From contig CAZGJX010000042.1 of NCBI GenBank assembly GCA_964525635.1, positions 1 through 33,174 of the forward strand: DNA of 33,174 nt. The letters run 5' to 3'. Shown here piece by piece: positions 28,445 through 33,174 of the stretch. Origin of the DNA: an uncultured archaeon (GTDB taxonomy: Archaea > Asgardarchaeota > Lokiarchaeia > Sigyniarchaeales > SOKP01). A program made the translations under genes and the position numbers. The first letter of the stretch is position 1. Each line of letters opens with the position of its first letter. The notes beneath the pieces were generated by a model. It had not been told where the DNA came from and ran no database searches. It saw only the letters and a program-made list of their open reading frames with translations.

Positions 28445-30526
28445 ATGTCAGAGCTACATTTGCAGGGTCAAATATGTCGATTCTGCCAGAGGAACACAAA
28501 TTTAGCATATTATTGCGAAAATTGTGGTACTAGCTGCTGCTCTGACTGTTTAGATGATCAAAAAGTTGAAGTTTATGAATGTCAAGATTGCAATTTAAGA
28601 AAAATTGAAATTCAAGGATCAGAAAATAAAAGGATTTGCACCGTTTGCGGAAAAGATAATATAATTAAATTAACTCAATATATAAAATCCTGCCCTAAAT
28701 GTCATTCTCAAAAAATAATCAATATATATGAAAAAAAAGAAAAATTAGAGCAGAAATTCTTAGAATTAATTAAAATATCTAGAGAATTCGTAAGCCCTTT
28801 TAGGGATGTCATTAATTTACTTTATTTAATAAGACAAAAAATAAAAAAGGCAAGAGATCCTCCTATCCAATGCTATCATTTTCCAAAAATGGAATCTAAA
28901 TTACTTTCCCTTTTTAAATTGATAAAATATCTTGAAATAAACCTTTTGGAGAGAATAAGTACACATTTTCATTATCTGGCTTCCAATAAAGAATATTTTT
29001 TTAATATATATTTACAACCAAATTCAAATATAAAAGTAATTGAAGGAATTTTAGATAATTTAAATAAAAGCCACGAATCTATTGATGATTTTATTAAAAA
29101 TAATATTAATATGATTAATGAAGATATCAATACAATAAAAAAGAATTTGGTATTTACGGATAAAATTACTGAATATTTTTCAGCATATAAACGATTTATA
29201 AATATAGCTACTGATGAAAAACCTGTCTATGCAATCAAAGCAAAATTGTCAAATGGTCTAACAAATCAAGATATGCTCAAAAGAAATAAAGGAATTCTTT
29301 TTATTACTAATTTAGATTTATCATTTGTTCAAGAATATGGATTAATTAAGAAAAAGCAAGGATTGATTTTTAAAGCTCCTGTTGATGACTTATTAAGAAT
29401 TAAAGAAAAAGGTAAATTATTGAAAAAATTATATATTGAGTTTTCCTATGGTAAGTATGAATTTACCCTGCCAAATAAAGTCATTTCTCGGGTAATTGAA
29501 TATATTCTTTTAGCAAGGAATTTTGATGAGACAACAATTTATGATAAAGAATCAGCGAGAAACTTAGAAAATATAAACATAGATCTTAATAAACTTAATA
29601 ATTTCATTGAGGATGGAATTAATTCTTTTTTCAGCTTTAAATGTGACCAAAATCAATTAAATAATTCAACATATCAATATAATAAATATACCGACCAAAA
29701 TAATCCTGATTTCTATAGAAATACCCTTAATAGTCAAGATGCACAGTATCGCAAAAATCTTCTCTATTATGATAATAATTCAAATACCTTTAATTCAAAT
29801 CAAATTCAAAATTCAAATTTAAAACGAAATTCTAATTATAGAGAAAATAATTATATTAATCCTTCCCAGAATGATCTTCAAAAAATAAATTCACAACAAT
29901 ATCAAAAAGCTCCAACTATGCAATTTCATAATCAAGATGAATTTAATTCAAATCAATTTCAAAATAATTATAATCAAAAATGGTTTCTGAGAAATCCCCA
30001 ATCAAATATACATATGGATAACAATAATATGATGATGAAAAGATTACTACAGGCTAAAAAATATAATCATCAAGAACCAAGACAAATGAATAACACCTTA
30101 GAAGATTTAATAACTAATGACTCTTATAAAAATACATATGATTCATTTAGTTCTAATTCCATAAAACAAGGGGCTTTTCAGGAATATAATAGAAACCATT
30201 TATCTGATTTATTTAATAATGACTATCAATCACCTAATCATTCATCATATCTAGATCAAGATCAATTATTTGATGATTTAGGTAATAGTAAAATATCTAT
30301 GTTAAATTTGAAAAAAGAAAAATTCAGTATCCATGAAACACTAAAAGATCTTGACTCTAAATTTGATCAAGGGAAAATTTCGGAAGTGGATTACTATAGA
30401 GCTTTTAAACATCATAAACAAGAGATTTATGTAATTAATAAAAAAATACAATGGTTACAAAGAAAAATTCATGAAGAGAAAAAGATAAGAGAATATAAAA
30501 CTAAATTTGATAACCATTATACTTAA
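28445..30526 (+). CDS. multidomain protein: multi-CxxC zinc fingers, helical region, PH-like domain, N/Q-rich region, C-terminal coil
   Basis: CRFC, CENC, CSDC, CQDC, CTVC, CPKC; KGILFITNLDLSFV..IFKAPVDDL..I.EKG beta pattern; Asn/Gln-rich segment. Confidence 0.75.
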   Translation: MSELHLQGQICRFCQRNTNLAYYCENCGTSCCSDCLDDQKVEVYECQDCNLRKIEIQGSENKRICTVCGKDNIIKLTQYIKSCPKCHSQKIINIYEKKEKLEQKFLELIKISREFVSPFRDVINLLYLIRQKIKKARDPPIQCYHFPKMESKLLSLFKLIKYLEINLLERISTHFHYLASNKEYFFNIYLQPNSNIKVIEGILDNLNKSHESIDDFIKNNINMINEDINTIKKNLVFTDKITEYFSAYKRFINIATDEKPVYAIKAKLSNGLTNQDMLKRNKGILFITNLDLSFVQEYGLIKKKQGLIFKAPVDDLLRIKEKGKLLKKLYIEFSYGKYEFTLPNKVISRVIEYILLARNFDETTIYDKESARNLENINIDLNKLNNFIEDGINSFFSFKCDQNQLNNSTYQYNKYTDQNNPDFYRNTLNSQDAQYRKNLLYYDNNSNTFNSNQIQNSNLKRNSNYRENNYINPSQNDLQKINSQQYQKAPTMQFHNQDEFNSNQFQNNYNQKWFLRNPQSNIHMDNNNMMMKRLLQAKKYNHQEPRQMNNTLEDLITNDSYKNTYDSFSSNSIKQGAFQEYNRNHLSDLFNNDYQSPNHSSYLDQDQLFDDLGNSKISMLNLKKEKFSIHETLKDLDSKFDQGKISEVDYYRAFKHHKQEIYVINKKIQWLQRKIHEEKKIREYKTKFDNHYT

Positions 30527-30759
30527 TCTTATTTATCTTATTATGATTTTTATAAATTTTCTTTAAAAATTCTTCCTTTTTTATCTTTCTTTTTCTCATC
30601 TTTTTTCTTATCTATAAATTTGGACTTATTTTTTGATAGTATTAAATTAATAATTAAAAGCTAAGTTTACACTTTAGGACATAAATTTCAAAAATAATTA
30701 TCTGAAACTTTTAAATATGAACTTGTTTTATTTGATATTATTAATAAATTAAAGGGGAA

Positions 30760-31245
30760 ATACCAAAAAAAAAAAAAACAATTCCAATTATAGTTATATT
30801 TCTCCTAATTTTAGTAGTACAAGTAATACCTTTAAATATAAAAGCACTTTCTAGTACGCTATCTCCAAGAGTAGATATGGTTAGATTTAGTGGCTATGGT
30901 ATGGATACTTATAGTTTAAATCCTTTCGCAAACTCTGCTGCTTTTGGTATCGCATTAATTTATGAGCCATTATTTTGTTTAAATACAAAAACGGGAGAAT
31001 GTATTTCTGTAATTAGAGAAGATTTCACATGGGCTCCTGATGGATCAAACTTAATCTATGTGGGTTATCATGATTGGTATAGAAATATAACTTATTGGCA
31101 AGATAAATGGTCTGACATGTTTGTTGAAAATTATATAGGATTAGAATTAGCTCCAGATCTCACTACTGCTCAAGCTATTGCTTCTAATTTTCAATATATT
31201 TATGCTTCCTTCATTACCTGTTGCTCAAGTTACTATACCTACTAA
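30760..31245 (+). pseudogene. internally deleted ABC peptide/nickel (family 5) solute-binding protein paralog
   Basis: Signal peptide from ATA 30760; N-terminal LNPF..IYEPLF..WAPDG joined directly to a segment matching the C-terminal part of the downstream paralog. Confidence 0.7.
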
Positions 31246-33122
31246 TACTAGAGAGGAAACAGTGAGAAATACAGGATATTGGAAAAGAGTTCTATTCGGA
31301 TCAAATCCATGGGATCCAAATTCTGTCTTTAGTTATGCCTTAATGTATGAAACTTTATTTGGTTGGGATAGATTAACTGATTCTCTAATTCCTGTTATAG
31401 GAACTGCTTATACATGGAATAGTGGCGGTAGTTCATTATCAGTTTATCTTAACCCTGCTGCAAAATTTAATACAGGTACTACTGTAACTTCGATAGATGT
31501 AATTGAAAGTTTTAAAACAGCTCTGAATCAATCTCGAAGGAATTATGATGGCATGCAAGAGAGAATAGATGATATTGTTGTTGTAAATCCCACTACTATA
31601 AGGTTTGATTTAGAAACAGATTATGAATATAGTATACAAGTTTTAGAATTCATTAGTTCTGATGTTCCAATTATGTCCAAGAGTATGCTAGATACTCTTA
31701 AAGCAGATTTAAATGCAGTTGGGGATTATAATTATTCTGATGGTGAATTATCTGAATGGCAACCTAATTTTTGGGATACTGGATCACCAGCAGCATATAA
31801 AGTTTTTTCGGGACCTTATGAACCATATTATTTAGATGCTACGGGAGAACAAGAAATTGTAAAATTGAGAGAGGATTGGTGGGGATTTGGTGAAATTTAT
31901 CAAGACTTACCTAATGCTCCAACATCATCAAGTGATGGAATGCCAACATATGTTGAAAAGCGAGAATATTCTACTAACTAAGGTTGCGCAAGATACCGCT
32001 ATACTTAACGATGATGTTGATTTACACTCGGGCCCCTACTTTCAGGTCTGGACCGCACTCGATATCAATCCAAACCTTAATACATACTTCAAAAGAAGTA
32101 ATACATCATTTTATAGAACACTTGGTTCTATTATTTCACTTGTTCCAAATCATATGAGATATCCATTTAATGAAACTTGGATGAGAGAGGCTATGGCTTA
32201 TGCTATTGATTATGATAAGGTATCACTTGATTCTATAGATGGTTATTGGGAAAGATCAAGCCAAGGATTCTTATCTTCTGATAGTCCATCACATACCAAT
32301 GAATATAATCAAACTATACAAGATACTTATGGAATTTCTTATAATCCTTTTAAAGCTAGACAAATATTATATAAACATTGTGATAACAGTTCAGGTAATT
32401 GGATAACAAGAGCAAATCAATCTAATCCAGGTATTACATTAGGGCTTTATGACATTCTTACAATCCAATATTGGACTGATATAGTTACGGCTACAGAATT
32501 AATGGCTGATAGTTTGACTAATATTGGGATCACAAGTACTAAATTAGAAGTTACTCAAAGGAATTGGTATGATTTCATAAATAACCAAACTTTTGACTTA
32601 GCTCAACAAAACCAAGGTCCTCATTTACTTCAATCATCTTATAGTGTACTTGGAGGTCTTAGAGGTACCCACGATTCTGTCCGAAATGCATCTTCATGGT
32701 ATGATGCACAAGCCGATGCTTATGAAGATTTATATGAGGGTCTTGAAGGTATAGCCATTAATTATATAGAAGCTGCTTCAATTGCGTCTCAAATGCAAGA
32801 GATTTTAGCTGTAGAGATTCCAGAAATTCCAGTTTGTAATAATGGATTTTGGTATCTTTATTCGACGAAATATTGGGATGGATGGATAAATATAGATAAT
32901 GAGTACAATCAACCAGCAACAGTTTATACCGTAGATACAATGGCAATTAAAGCAAGATTATATCTTAATTTAAGATCGAATTATGTCCCTCCTACCACAA
33001 CAACAACTACTACAACTGTAGAACCATGGGATATCCCATGGTATGGATTAGAATTCTTTATAATTCTTGGAGTCGTTTCAACTATAATATTAGTTGCTTA
33101 TAAAAAACAAATCAAAAACTAA
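31178..33122 (+). pseudogene. frameshifted family-5 ABC solute-binding protein with Thr linker and C-terminal TM sorting signal
   Basis: MYETLF, AKF..G..VT..DV..SF, SGPY in frame 2 continues as VAQD..ILNDDVD, YPF....REAMAYAID, EIPEIPV, W.GW in frame 3; shift at about 31976-31982; tail TTTTTTTT..IPWYG-TM-KK; 5' end appears truncated. Confidence 0.75.
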
Positions 33123-33174
33123 TTGAGGGTATTTTAGAATTTAGGTAGTGAATCTAAAATTAAAAATCATTCAA

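Noticed and set aside
31887-31981. N-terminus MVKFIKTYLMLQHHQ of the 411-aa ORF as a separate gene start
   Set aside because: Out-of-frame overlap with the upstream half; family similarity starts only after the frameshift
6036-32946. Short ORF-track entries (6036, 10001, 14608, 14677, 16468, 17210, 18631, 18968, 21563, 21847, 22519, 23581, 24904, 32758)
   Set aside because: All overlap well-supported genes in antisense or alternate frames and show no motifs; shadow ORFs

Overview
Strongly AT-rich archaeal chromosomal window, most consistent with an Asgard archaeon (Lokiarchaeia/Promethearchaeota type). It has H4MPT/F420 C1 genes (mtd, mch, an FrhB-like protein), purine salvage (apt, MTAP), a beta-CASP RNase, RecJ/GAN-like DHH nuclease, TFB paralog, XPD/Rad3 helicase, glycogen synthase, eL33 (L35Ae), and eukaryotic-signature proteins (Rag-like GTPase with roadblock tail, Rab-like GTPase, eukaryote-like presenilin, a Zn-finger/PH-like/NQ-rich protein). 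Features missed by the ORF track: (1) a 287-bp non-autonomous IS200/IS605 element (11193-11479) with rule-consistent end signals, a candidate internal promoter and a TnpB omegaRNA-like scaffold; (2) four genes that appear to start at ATT/ATA, including an unannotated winged-helix gene; (3) a 59-aa small protein and a candidate 16-aa basic micropeptide gene; (4) an XPD helicase with a TFS/Rpb9-type N-terminal zinc ribbon; (5) a zinc-ribbon insertion in MTAP; (6) a collapsed, frameshifted tandem of ABC peptide-binding protein genes. No tRNA, rRNA or CRISPR array seen. All family assignments are by motif recognition; no database searches were run.
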